From: Ignisphaera sp.
GTDB taxonomy: Archaea > Thermoproteota > Thermoprotei_A > Sulfolobales > Ignisphaeraceae
Direction: 5' to 3'
Length of the DNA stretch: 64,000 nt
NCBI GenBank assembly: GCA_038820005.1
Contig: JAWAXP010000001.1
Coordinates: 302,235-366,234 of the forward strand
Below the pieces are notes generated by a model. The model searched no databases, was not told the origin of the DNA, and was given only the letters and a program-made list of their open reading frames with translations. The translations under genes and the position numbers were made by a program. This document shows, piece after piece, positions 9,857 through 20,923 of this stretch (positions are counted from its first letter, which is position 1; every line of letters begins with the position of its first letter).

Positions 9857-11359
9857 ATGGGAATTGTTATTGTATTAGCTTTTGATCTTGGTGCTAGTAG
9901 TGGTAGAGCATTGGTAGGTAAAATTGATGTGGACGCCAAGAAGTTAGAGGTTGAGGAAGTATATAGGTTTCCTAACGGACCCATTAGAATAGGTAAGCAC
10001 TTGTATTGGGATGTCCCGAAGCTATGGAATGAGGTTAAAGAGGGTATTAGACTCTCTTACAAGAGGTACAGGGATCAAATAGCTTCTATAGGTGTCGATA
10101 CTTGGGGAGTAGATTTTGCACTTCTCGATAGTAATGGTGAGCTTGTTGGTTTACCTTATTGTTATAGAGATCCAAGACGTAAAGAAGCGTATGAAGAGAT
10201 CTTCAAGGTTATACCTCCCGAAAAAATTTACATGAGAACAGGCATCCAGTTTATGCCTATAAACCCATTATATCAACTCTATGCCATGGTTAAAGACAGA
10301 TCATCGCTACTTCAAGCAGCAAGAACATTTCTTATGATGCCAGATCTCTTCAACTACTGGCTCACTGGTTTAATAGGATGCGAATATACCGATGCTTCTA
10401 CAACACAATTCTTAGACGCATATACTAAGAAATGGGCTTTCGATCTTCTAGAAGAAATAGGTTTCCTGACGAATATATTCCCAGAAATAATAGAGGCTGG
10501 AACTAAGTTAGGGCCAATATCTAGCGAATTAGCTGAAGAACTTGGTATAGCTAGGACAATTGACGTAATAGCCCCAGCCACACATGATACTGGTTCAGCT
10601 GTTGCAGCAACCCCCATAGATGAAGATTCCACCTACATTAGCTGCGGTACATGGTCTTTAGTTGGTGTTGAACTTGATAAACCTTTAATAAATAAGAAGG
10701 CTATGGAATATAACTTTACGAACGAGGGAGGAGCATTCAATACTATTAGGTTCTTAAAGAATGTCCAGGGTATGTGGTTTATTGAGCAAATAAGAGCCTC
10801 GCTAGCTAAAAGAGGCATGAACTATTCATATCAAGAGCTAACAGATATGGCGGCTAAAGCTCAAGGGTTCAAAAGCTTCATAGACCCTGATAATCCGAGG
10901 TTCTTAGCACCTCTGGATATGATCGACGAAATCATGAAATACCTTGAAGATACAGGTCAAGAGAAGCCCAGCAATATCGGGGAGTTAGTTAGGTTAGTTT
11001 TAGAGAGTTTAGCTATGAAGTATAAATATGTTATTGAGAGGATAGAGGATCTTACTGGGAAAAAAACAAGGAAAATTAACATAGTTGGTGGAGGATCTAG
11101 GAATTGGCTACACAACCAGCTTACAGCAGATTTCAATAACAGAATTGTTACCGCAGGACCCGAGGAGGCAACCTCGGTAGGTAACATCCTTATTCAGCTA
11201 GCTGGTTTAGGCTATGTCAGATCATTAAAAGATGTTAGAGAATACGTAAGAAACTCGTTCCAAATCAGAGTATTTGAACCAAACCATACAGAAAAACATG
11301 AGGACGCTTACGCCAAGTTCCTAGACTTACTAGAGAAACAATATTCAAGGCTTAGGTGA
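9857..11359 (+). CDS. rhaB: Rhamnulokinase-family FGGY kinase (copy 1)
   Basis: AFDLGASSGR, GVDTWGVDF, ATHDTGSAV, SCGTWSLVG, NFTNEGG, VGGGSRN. Confidence 0.85.
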   Translation: MGIVIVLAFDLGASSGRALVGKIDVDAKKLEVEEVYRFPNGPIRIGKHLYWDVPKLWNEVKEGIRLSYKRYRDQIASIGVDTWGVDFALLDSNGELVGLPYCYRDPRRKEAYEEIFKVIPPEKIYMRTGIQFMPINPLYQLYAMVKDRSSLLQAARTFLMMPDLFNYWLTGLIGCEYTDASTTQFLDAYTKKWAFDLLEEIGFLTNIFPEIIEAGTKLGPISSELAEELGIARTIDVIAPATHDTGSAVAATPIDEDSTYISCGTWSLVGVELDKPLINKKAMEYNFTNEGGAFNTIRFLKNVQGMWFIEQIRASLAKRGMNYSYQELTDMAAKAQGFKSFIDPDNPRFLAPLDMIDEIMKYLEDTGQEKPSNIGELVRLVLESLAMKYKYVIERIEDLTGKKTRKINIVGGGSRNWLHNQLTADFNNRIVTAGPEEATSVGNILIQLAGLGYVRSLKDVREYVRNSFQIRVFEPNHTEKHEDAYAKFLDLLEKQYSRLR

Positions 11360-11363
11360 GTAT

Positions 11364-11978
11364 ATGAGTTTAGACGAATTGAAGAGAACCTTTGCAACTC
11401 AAATTTGCGAAGCCCTACATTTAATATATTTAAAAGGTTTAATAACACCTTTAACAGGAAACATAAGTATTAAAGTTGGAGATACAATACTTATAACACC
11501 ATCTTCTTTCTTTCCGATGATCAGATTAAAGTATGAGTTAAAACTTGAGGACATAGTTGAAGTAGATTTATCGGGGAAGGTACTGAAAGGAGGTACCTAC
11601 TACTGAGCTACCAATGCACATAGATATCTATAAATCGTGTGAGAAATGTAGCGCTATAGTACATATACACGGTATCTACGTTACATTACTCACTTTTTAA
11701 ACGAAAGCGATCTTTTCCTTGATACAGAGCTAAAGTATGTTCTTAAACCAAGGATATGCTCCGTAGAAGAGTATACACCTAAAACACATGAGCTTGCAAA
11801 AGCTGTAGCGAATAAGGTTAAGGATAGATGTGGAATAGTATATCTAAAGAGGTATGGGGTAGTAGCAGTTTCAGATAACCTAGGTATGGCTCTAGAGCTT
11901 GCTGAATTAGCTGAGGTTATAGCCGCTAGAAATAATTTTTTCGCGGGTACCGCAAACCTGCTAAAGGTTATAGTCTAG
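11364..11978 (+). pseudogene. Class II aldolase (fuculose/rhamnulose-1-P aldolase family) pseudogene
   Basis: GNISIK..ILITPS in frame 1; PTTELPMHIDIY...IVHIH after a frameshift near 11595; second break near 11700; LKRYGVV where the family has a metal-binding HG. Confidence 0.8.
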
Positions 11979-12103
11979 TACGATTTAAGGTGCTTAAAAG
12001 TTGATTTACTATTTACTTTTGTCTTGTTTGGCAATCCTTTATGAAGGTTTATAATATAATTCTACATTTTTAAAGCTGGCAGGCACCCCCTCTAGGTGAT
12101 TTC

Positions 12104-13504
12104 ATGGAGAAAATTAGAATAGGGTTCACCCCTCTTCATAGATATCCCTTCGATGAATCGTGGGCTCAAGAGCTTAAAGCTAGGTTTATAAAAGTTATCG
12201 AGGAAAAATTTAGAAATCATCTAGAATTAATCTATCCAACAGAAAAACTCACGAAAATGGGCTTAGTTACAGATGACGACGATGCTGAAGTAGCTATAAA
12301 GTTATTTAAAGAGAAAGGCATTGAAGGTCTTGTTCTAATAACGCTTACGTTCGGTGATGAGCTTGCTGGAGCTAGAGTAGCAGAAGAGTTTAAGGGTTAC
12401 CCCATAGCTGTATTTACTACAAAAGAACCTCAGCCACTTCCAGGAGGCTTTAGAAGATCAGACTCTTTCTGCGGCACATTATCGCTTACATCGGCTCTCT
12501 ATAGGAGGAAGATACCGTTCCTATTCGGGGGCATAGTCTTCCCCGAAGATGAGGCATTTGCTAAGGAGTTCGAAACCTTCTTACGTGTAGTATCAATATA
12601 CAGATCATTTATTGGTACTAGGGTAGGACTTATTGGTCCTAGACCAGAGAGATTTGAAACTGTAACATTTACTGAAGCTAAGATGGCTGAAAAGTTTAAG
12701 CAGAGGGTTGTTCACTTAACGTTGCTTGAAGTCGTAGAAGAAGCTCGTAAGCTGTCAGATAATGATCCCGAGGTTACGAGAATAACTAGTGAAATAGAAA
12801 GTAGCATGAATGTTTCTCAAGTTCCTAGAGATATAATACTTAAAATGGCAAAGCTTGAAGCAGTACTACGAAGAATTGTTAAAGAGAAGAGATTATCAGG
12901 GCTAGGTTTCAGATGCTGGACTGAGATTCAGAGGTACTACGGTTTGTCGCCATGTAATGTTCTTGGGAGGTTAACGCAAAATGGTGTAATGTCTGCATGT
13001 GAAGTTGATATATACGGAGTTCTTACAATGATTATTCAGTATGCTGCCTCATTAGGGACCTCGCCTCCATTCTTCATTGATTGGACCATTAAGCACCCCA
13101 CAAAGCCAAACGTGTTCCTAGCTTGGCACTGCGGGAATGCACCACCAGCGCTATTTTGTGCACCAGGCAACCTTCTATATCATAGTATAATGTATAGAGA
13201 TGTAGGTGTTGAAAGAGCTTATGGAACTCTCGAAGGTAGGCTTAAACCAGATACTGTAACAATAGCCAGACTCGTCGAATACGACGGTGAATTTAAACTG
13301 TTTGTAACCAAAGGCAGGTCCATTGAAGAAGAAGCAAACTTTAGAGGTAGTTGGGTATGGGTTGAAGTACCTGATCTAGAAAAAGTCTATAGAACGCTAA
13401 TAGAAGAAGGGTTTATACACCATGCTAGCATGATCTACGGCGACTACGTAGAATCAATAGTTAAAGCTGCAAAAATACTAGGCATAAAAACAGTTATTGT
13501 ATAA
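12104..13504 (+). CDS. L-fucose/L-arabinose isomerase family protein
   Basis: RSDSFCG, RCWTEIQ, ACEVDIYG, WHCGNAP, FIHHASM motifs. Confidence 0.85.
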   Translation: MEKIRIGFTPLHRYPFDESWAQELKARFIKVIEEKFRNHLELIYPTEKLTKMGLVTDDDDAEVAIKLFKEKGIEGLVLITLTFGDELAGARVAEEFKGYPIAVFTTKEPQPLPGGFRRSDSFCGTLSLTSALYRRKIPFLFGGIVFPEDEAFAKEFETFLRVVSIYRSFIGTRVGLIGPRPERFETVTFTEAKMAEKFKQRVVHLTLLEVVEEARKLSDNDPEVTRITSEIESSMNVSQVPRDIILKMAKLEAVLRRIVKEKRLSGLGFRCWTEIQRYYGLSPCNVLGRLTQNGVMSACEVDIYGVLTMIIQYAASLGTSPPFFIDWTIKHPTKPNVFLAWHCGNAPPALFCAPGNLLYHSIMYRDVGVERAYGTLEGRLKPDTVTIARLVEYDGEFKLFVTKGRSIEEEANFRGSWVWVEVPDLEKVYRTLIEEGFIHHASMIYGDYVESIVKAAKILGIKTVIV

Positions 13505-13639
13505 GTTTAATAACTTAGAAAGTTGCTATTTAAGTATTTTTAATCTATTACTAGCTCATCTACACCATTTTATTAAAACTTTAATATACTTATGTAGAGA
13601 ATTAATAAGTTTTATATCAGATATTATAGGTGCTTGTAA

Positions 13640-14225
13640 TCGGGGTATGAATCTGTCAGTAAGGTCTCAGCTTCGTCATCTTCTATGGTCTTTGTGCATC
13701 TATTAGTTAACGTAGGTGTTAACCTTGTATTAGCATTCTTAGTAACAATCTACATAGACATTATTATAGGGCCTTACCACGGATTTATAGTAACAATATT
13801 CTCTCCACCACTATCAATAGTGGTACCAGCATTCGTTACAACCTTAGGTTCGCTATTTCTGCTAAGAGAGGTGTAGCAATAATAGGTTATTTGCGTTTAT
13901 GTACTCGAGTATGTTAGCTAGCCTCGCGGGTATGAATATATGTAGGGCCGGTTGCATCAAGTTATGTAAATATAGCTATAAGTCAAGAGTTTCTAGCTAT
14001 AGCCTCTTGTGCTTTAGCAGGTGGTGAAGGAAATGCCATCAATGTCCTTCTAGGGACCTTCTTAGTATCTATAGTAAGATTAGGGATGATATTTCTAGGG
14101 ATTTCAGCTTACTGGCAAGACATTACAGCGGTGATTCTGCTGGTTCTTGCAGTAGTAGTTGACTTAACCGGATTGCCACTGGTAGAACTTAGAGAACGAT
14201 ATAAGCAATTTATAAGTTTTTACTC
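13640..14225 (+). pseudogene. Degraded monosaccharide (RbsC-type) ABC permease
   Basis: Fragments GMNLSV, VPAFVTTLG and GGEGNAINVLLGTFLVSIVRLGMIFLGISAYWQDITAVILLVLAVVVD separated by stops and frameshifts; boundaries approximate. Confidence 0.7.
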
Positions 14226-14940
14226 CACGTTGTTATATACTAATAAAATAATCTAATATTCAACGCATTAAAATAGGTATATGCAATTTTATTAATTATA
14301 TCATCCGTTAATTCTTGAGAAATTCCGCAAGATTTGGTTAAATTCATAATAATCATCTTATGTTCCTGTCCTAGATAGCGAAGCCTGCTTCGGTGCCCCT
14401 CTCACAGAGAATGTTTTGGGTACTAAGGATTTGTGTTAGGTATGAGGATATGCTCTACATATTGTTACAATTATTTTATGTAACAAACCGCTTCGGCGTC
14501 ACATTATCATTATATGATAAAAATAAACTAAAGAGCATAGTAGTGCAATTTCAGCTATATCTAAGAAAATGATTTTAATAAATAACATTATTTATACCAA
14601 GCAATATACTGTTACTATGCCCAAAGATTTAGGTCAATTCTAAAATTGAATTAATGAGCCCCTTTAATTGGCAACATAATAAGTTAATCCTGTGCCCTGG
14701 TCTCTATGAATTAATAATAAAAAATATGTAAACATAATGTGATAAAAGTCTTCTTGATCTTGTCCATAGCATTAAACAAATACATGTAGGTTTTAGATAT
14801 TATTTAGATGAGGTGAATACATCCCTACTTTACTCATCTAGAGCCACATTTTTGTGGGCCCAGTTGTAAAACTCGTATAATAAATTTTAAAGAAGGCTGG
14901 TATTTTCTTAATCATGTACGAAATTTTAGTATAAGGTGGG

Positions 14941-16275
14941 TTAGATCTGTTTAGGTCCCTGTCTTGATAGGAATTCGTCCATTAAATCTTTTATTGTAGG
15001 ACCTTCGACTACTATTAAATCCCATGTAACTCTAACAATGGGCTTATTTATACTTAGTATTCTATCTAGCTTAGCTGGCGTAGCAATAAGAACAGCATCA
15101 GCATCAATTTCGTTAAGCATTTGCTCGAGATGCTTAAGCTGTTCTTCTGTATACCCTAAGCTCGGTACCACGGAATCTATATGAGGGTATTGTTCGTATA
15201 TATTCTTAAAAATGCCTACAGCGTACTTCTTTGGGTTTACAATTTCTGCATTGTACTTTTTAGCTGCTATGTACCCGGCACCGTACGGTGCATTACCATG
15301 AGTTACTGTAGGAGCATCTTCAACTACTATGACTCTTTTTCTTACAACTAGCTCAGGTTTATCTACTTTTACAGCTAATTCAGCTTTAACTATATGAGCT
15401 GATGGATTAATTTTTCTAATATTGTCAACAATTCTCTTAGTGTTATCTGAACTTGCGGAACTAACTTTTGTTATGATTACAGCGTCGGACATTCTTATGT
15501 TCACCTCCCCAGGGAAAGTACCGACTTCTATACTCGGTCTCATGCTGTCTGTAACTGTTATCCAGTACCAAGGTCTAAAGAAAGGCCAATCATTATTTCC
15601 GCCATCCCATAGAATTACATCTCCTATTCTCTCCGCTTCAAGAATAATCTTCGTATAGTTAACGCCTAGAAGAACAGCTACTCCAAGCTCTAGATGTGGT
15701 TCAAGTTCTTCTCTCTCTTCTACAGTAAGCTTATATTTATCTAGGTCTTCAATACTTCTAAACACCTGGACAAGACTTTGCTCTATATCTCCATAAACCA
15801 TTGGATGGCGAACAACAGCTGCCTTTATCCCTCTACTCATTAACTCTTTGACTATAACTCTTGATATAGTACTTTTTCCGGCTCCTGTTTTCGTAGCTGT
15901 AACAGCTATTACAGGTTTTACGCTATCGAGCATAGTACTTCTTAAGCCTAGGATTTTGAAATCGCAACCAACGGAAATCACATAGGATATTATTTTACCA
16001 AGTTCTTCGTAAGTCAAATCGCTTAAGCTTAGAATAACTTCTTCAACACCGTAGGTCTTAACGATGTTCGGCAGCATATCGATGGAATATATAGGTATAC
16101 CTCCAGGGTATTTTTCCCCTGTAAATGCTGGGGGACATCTTCTAGACCCTATACCAGGGATCTGCGTAAAGAGGAATGCGACAACTTCTACTTCTGGGTT
16201 ATTTTTTAGAGCGATATTGAAGTTATGTAGATCTCTACCACCGGCGCCGATAACAACAACTTTTTTCTTGGTCAT
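14941..16275 (-). CDS. Predicted GTPase, cyclic 2,3-diphosphoglycerate synthetase-like family (COG2403)
   Basis: GAGGRDLHNFN, ATKTGAGKST P-loop, VRHPM, WDGGNND. Confidence 0.8.
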   Translation of the reverse strand: MTKKKVVVIGAGGRDLHNFNIALKNNPEVEVVAFLFTQIPGIGSRRCPPAFTGEKYPGGIPIYSIDMLPNIVKTYGVEEVILSLSDLTYEELGKIISYVISVGCDFKILGLRSTMLDSVKPVIAVTATKTGAGKSTISRVIVKELMSRGIKAAVVRHPMVYGDIEQSLVQVFRSIEDLDKYKLTVEEREELEPHLELGVAVLLGVNYTKIILEAERIGDVILWDGGNNDWPFFRPWYWITVTDSMRPSIEVGTFPGEVNIRMSDAVIITKVSSASSDNTKRIVDNIRKINPSAHIVKAELAVKVDKPELVVRKRVIVVEDAPTVTHGNAPYGAGYIAAKKYNAEIVNPKKYAVGIFKNIYEQYPHIDSVVPSLGYTEEQLKHLEQMLNEIDADAVLIATPAKLDRILSINKPIVRVTWDLIVVEGPTIKDLMDEFLSRQGPKQI

Positions 16276-16541
16276 AAATTCACCGAATAGTTCTATTCTA
16301 AAACAAAGCTTATAAACTAATCCACAATATACTTAACATCCTTAATGTAAATATGGCCATTATTAAGCATATCTAAAAATGCTCATAACCTAACAAAAAT
16401 GTGATGCTGATGTACTAACATGGAATTAAATGATAATTAAGGTAATAAAAATTTATAAATAAGCTTGATGAGAGAGTCAACTCTGATTAATTCAGGAGCT
16501 TCATATTATCCAAGTTAAAGGATTTTTGTAGGTGATAATAT

Positions 16542-17138
16542 TTGGTTAAATTTAGATGTTTATGCGATGGACAATGCTGTAAACATTACTGGATACCTAT
16601 TACACACCTAGATCTTTTAAGGCTACAAATTTACGGAGGTATCAAAGTTGATGAAAGTATTGTCGAGATTAAGGATAGTGAAGAGTACGAACTAGACTTA
16701 TATCCACCTATCAGAATAAATAACAAAAGGTATTACTTGGCTTTAGCTTCCAGAGAAGATGGTACTTGTATATTTCTACGTAGTGACGGTAAATGTTCCA
16801 TACATGAATTCAAACCACTAGTATGTCGTTTTTATCCGTTTGTCTACTGGGTTAAAGAAGATGGAGAAATAGATGTGGATTTAAACGAGAAAGTCGTAAA
16901 TGAATGCCCTGGTCTTATTCTGGACGGTGAACCTATAGATAGAGATATCGTTGAAAATATTAAAAGAATTGCTTTAATTAGACGCGCTGAGTTGAAACTG
17001 TGGAGCGATGCAATAAATGAGTGGAATGAGTATTACGGCGATAAAAACGTCAATCTAAGTTTATTCCTAAAATTTGCTCTTAAAAAAGCTTACATCCATA
17101 GAATAGAGCTGGCTAAGCAAGGACTTTGGATAAAATAA
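16542..17138 (+). CDS. YkgJ-family cysteine-cluster protein
   Basis: CxCxxxCC, CIFL...KCSIHEFKPLVCRFYPF, CPG. Confidence 0.85.
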   Translation: MVKFRCLCDGQCCKHYWIPITHLDLLRLQIYGGIKVDESIVEIKDSEEYELDLYPPIRINNKRYYLALASREDGTCIFLRSDGKCSIHEFKPLVCRFYPFVYWVKEDGEIDVDLNEKVVNECPGLILDGEPIDRDIVENIKRIALIRRAELKLWSDAINEWNEYYGDKNVNLSLFLKFALKKAYIHRIELAKQGLWIK

Positions 17139-17156
17139 CCCCAACAATAACAAAGC

Positions 17157-17885
17157 TTATACAAAGTTACCCAATAGCTTTTCCCTAAGGTCTAAAAATT
17201 CTCTGTAAATTTGTGAAGCCGTTGAAGTACCTATCCTATCCACACCCATAGCTATGGCCATGAGTACCTCTACAGCATGTCTAAAACCGCCAGCCGCTTT
17301 AACCTTGATACGTCCTTTAGCTAGCTTCACCAGGGCATGTATATCATCGAAATCAGTTTTTGAAAGCACACCCGTTGATGTCTTGACATAATGAGCACCG
17401 GATTTAACAACAAGGTCTACAGCCTTAGCCTTCTCATCATATGTTAGCAATGGAGACTCTATTATTACCTTGACTATAGACCCATACCTTTTGGCCATAT
17501 CCACAATAGCTACAAGATCTCCAAAAACATCATCGTATCTACCACTCTTAAAAGCTTGGATGTTCATAACCACATCGATTTCTTTAACGCCTTTAACCAG
17601 AAGCTCTTCAGCCTCTAAAACCTTGATTTTAGTTGTACAAAAGCCCATTGGAAAACCAATAACACCACATAGATTAATACCTTCAGCAAGACCATTAGAT
17701 AGCAAGTACAAAGCATGGTAAGGCGATAAAACAAGACATTTAAAGCCGCGTCTTCTTGTATCCTCTACATAACTTAAAACAACGTCTATAGAGGTGTCAA
17801 CCTTTAGAAGCGTGTTGTCAATGTACTCCGCAAATTCTTTAGGGCTCAGCTTACTTAGGATACCTTGGAGTGTTTCCGTTAACAT
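17157..17885 (-). CDS. deoC: Deoxyribose-phosphate aldolase
   Basis: IDNTLLK, VIGFPMG, EIDVVMNI, VKTSTG, VKAAGG, RIGTST. Confidence 0.93.
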   Translation of the reverse strand: MLTETLQGILSKLSPKEFAEYIDNTLLKVDTSIDVVLSYVEDTRRRGFKCLVLSPYHALYLLSNGLAEGINLCGVIGFPMGFCTTKIKVLEAEELLVKGVKEIDVVMNIQAFKSGRYDDVFGDLVAIVDMAKRYGSIVKVIIESPLLTYDEKAKAVDLVVKSGAHYVKTSTGVLSKTDFDDIHALVKLAKGRIKVKAAGGFRHAVEVLMAIAMGVDRIGTSTASQIYREFLDLREKLLGNFV

Positions 17886-18289
17886 GCTTTTAACACCGAA
17901 CCTCTTTTCTAAAGCTAAAATAAAAATCTAGCTATGTTATGGATTTAGCTAAGCTAAACATTTACATCAATAACCACGATTTGCGTGCCTGGGGTCTATG
18001 GATCAGCACATCAATTAATTACAAGTTATATCTAGACGGTTTATAATCTTAGAATTTTCTAATGTGCCGAACATTAATTACTATTTCATTGTATTGGATA
18101 GATTTCTTTACTATATATTGGATCTTTATGTTCCTACGATTAATCTACTTAGTTAATTACATGTTTGCTTTAAATTCTGTTGAGAACAACTGATGGTACC
18201 TCATATTGTATTTATTTAATATTACATGTGTAATGAAAATAATTTAGTGCTCAAATTTTATATGTTTTGTTAACTGCTAAGAGTATGAG

Positions 18290-19200
18290 TAGTAACGGTA
18301 TTTCTTACTTTTTCTCTAACAATTAAGTTAAGGGAATTCATCAAAGATTTTTCTGTTAATTTACAGAATGTACAAACATCCTTCTACGAAATCAATCCGT
18401 AGATTTTACAACTTTTGAAATTTGTAAATTCCTCGCAATGTTCTAGGTATGTATATATAGATTTTCTTAGAATTGCATTTTTTTTATGCTGGGCGCCTCC
18501 TTTTCAAGCTCTTCTAAGGATCTCTTGACCTTATTTTCTAATAATATAATGTTATTGTACGTACGCTAAATATCTATAAATTTTAGTTCTTTCTACTATA
18601 GATAACATAAACCGTTGTATGCCTCCTGTATACTTCGTACATAGGTTTGATTTTGTAGCGGCAATTCCTTATATTCCTTTGCTTACAGGTATAAGCTTTT
18701 TAGAATAATAAACTTCTTGAAAAATAAGTTAAGATATCGACTGCATGATGAGTTGTAGCTATAGAATCTACTCCTAGTTTATCAGCTATCGAGCTCATCA
18801 TAAATCTCTTTATTGAATCGCATAAGGAGCATACCCTCCACGCTCTAAGTTATGTACAAACTCGGGGGTAAAATTCATTTCATTTTTTGAGATCTACAAC
18901 GTGATACTCTAGCCCAGTTCCCAACATAGATATTTTACTACATTTTTGAATCCCCTATAGAGTATTCCCGATACCTAAGTCGTTATGTAAGATAAACAGC
19001 TCGAAGTTTAAAGAACTTGAGATAGTATACATTATATGAGCTAAAGCTATGCCATTCCCAGGTTTAATCATTTTATATCTCTATAGTACCTTTAACCCTT
19101 GATTCAATAAATTCCTCGAAATGATCTGTACATAGATTAAACTTAGCAAACGGAATTCTAATACAGCTTCTCTATAGCAGCATCTACACTTAATAACTAC
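18290..19200 (-). pseudogene. ttuA: Heavily decayed TtuA/Ncs6-family tRNA 2-thiolation enzyme
   Basis: Fragments in order: KCRCCYREAV, IPFAKFNLCTDHFEEFIESRVK, YKMIKPG, LHNDLGIG, VCSLCDSIKRF, IATTHH, IKPMYEVY, LEELEKEAPSIK, CTFCKLTEK; many frameshifts; PP-loop SGGKDS absent; boundaries approximate. Confidence 0.8.
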
Positions 19201-19239
19201 AGTCCTTACCTTTAGTGCTGCAATCTAATACCCATAACT

Positions 19240-19780
19240 ATAAGCCTATTACTTGATTAAGATGAAGAAACCTTGTATAACAAAAGTAAATGCAAGATTG
19301 AGGAACCTAATAATTCGCCTAAAGCTAAGATACTTCTCTAAAGCTTTGGGCTAATCTACTGGAGGTTAAATATCGTATCATCTTAGTCGTGAAGGCGTTA
19401 TTCCATAAGGCGTTATAATTATTCTCTACGCTTTAGCTATGGTGGTAAACGGTGTAGTAACTGTGCATCTAGGGATAGCATGTGATAAGTATAAGCTCCT
19501 CATTGTAGAGCCGATCCCATTAACATCAATTCCTTTAGCACCTCTATTGGTGTTAACAGATAATGTATTGTTTATTTCAATAACGTTGGCTTATACGGAT
19601 AATACTATGTTGCTAAGATTCAATAACTCAGAGTAGCTTTTCCGAATTTAGCATTAGCTTATGAAACGTCATAGGGTTTTGTTTGCTAGGCTTTGTAGGG
19701 ATACATTTTAGGGATTAGGTGACTTAATTTGAGATGGTATAAGAGATTGCATGAAGAACGACCTTATTCACATCGTGCAC
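19240..19780 (+). pseudogene. Remnant of an MFS transporter
   Basis: ISYHLSREGVIP*GVIIILYALAMVVNGVV...LGIACDK resembles the C-terminal half of archaeal MFS proteins; in-frame stop; boundaries approximate. Confidence 0.45.
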
Positions 19781-19900
19781 AGTAAATGTTATTGCTTTAT
19801 CTATATGGCTAGAAATCTCTTAAAGTAATGTAACGCCTAGAAATTAATTATTAGTTAGAGAAAATATAGTTGGATAGATTGCAACTGTTATGGTATAATG

Positions 19901-20410
19901 TTATGGTATAAAACCTTTAACGTAAGTTTCTATTCTAGTAAATAAAATCCATGCGATTATCATTATGGAGATAAATGTTATAAGGATGTTAATAGTAGAA
20001 TTGTCGTACCTTACCTTTAATAGCGAGATCTTCTTCTTGCTAAGGGGCCAAAGAAGATAAACACCATCGGCTGTAAGTATGTCTAGCAATAGGTGTGTAT
20101 AACCTACAGCAATAGATATTAAAACTAGGGGTATAGCTATATTAATCAATGCATTCGGGAAATACAAGTATACTAAGAACGTCATAGGTACAGCCATAAT
20201 AACTGATATCATAGTTGACCCAAAGATCGAATGTGTGTAAGGAGTTCTCTTAAATCCCTTATGACCTAAAACAGAATCAGTAACCTGATTAATAGATATT
20301 GATAAGTATATAGATACTATGGTAGCATAAAATATATCTAGATTCAATAGATTCAAGGATATCGATAAGGATATGGCAAAGCTAAAGAGGTTATGGGTTC
20401 TACTTCTCAA
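19901..20410 (-). CDS. Membrane-bound metal-dependent hydrolase (YdjM/DUF457-like)
   Basis: RTH, GHKGFKRTPYTHS, HLLLDILTADG..LLWP; hydrophobic helices. Confidence 0.8.
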   Translation of the reverse strand: MRSRTHNLFSFAISLSISLNLLNLDIFYATIVSIYLSISINQVTDSVLGHKGFKRTPYTHSIFGSTMISVIMAVPMTFLVYLYFPNALINIAIPLVLISIAVGYTHLLLDILTADGVYLLWPLSKKKISLLKVRYDNSTINILITFISIMIIAWILFTRIETYVKGFIP

Positions 20411-20415
20411 TGTTA

Positions 20416-20464
20416 TCAGCCAAGACTGACCTCATCACAGCTCAGTGCCGCCTGAGTACATCAC
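20416..20464 (-). ncRNA. C/D-box guide sRNA directly upstream of the hydrolase gene
   Basis: Minus strand GTGATGT-actcaggcggca-CTGA-gct-GTGATGA-ggtcagtcttgg-CTGA; tatataaa about 30 nt upstream. Confidence 0.85.
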
Positions 20465-20923
20465 CACTTGGTATCCACTACTAACTGTAAATTTATATAC
20501 TGATTATCTGTATCTACTGCTTTATTTCATACGTATATCGATGTTAAATACCTATATAGAAAATTGATGAAAATTTTTATTAAATCCTTTTAACGTACTT
20601 TGCTTCTTTAACATATTGAGTAGCAGATATTGTTAAGTCGGTCAACTCTTTTAAAAATTCGATGACTTAGTTAGTATTATAGCTAACATTTATAAAAGGT
20701 AGTTTGCCAGGTTTATCTACCAATCTAATTATTAACCTAGGTATATCTTTAGATACTTCGGGATATAGCTACTTCATACATAGATGGATATTAGTAAGCC
20801 TATGTATGTAGCATCAAAGATTTTACCGAGTAAGAGACTACGTATGCCTATTTTAAGTTTAATACATATACAAACTACATAGAAGAGCAATAGCTTTAAT
20901 ATACATGATACATAGTGATATAA

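Noticed and set aside
14805-14861. Short inverted repeats tagatgag...ctcatcta and ccaca/tgtgg
   Set aside because: Too short to separate from chance; at most a 3' structure of the GTPase transcript
16465-16486. TTGATGA-11nt-CTGA half C/D motif
   Set aside because: Only one box pair; no second guide unit found
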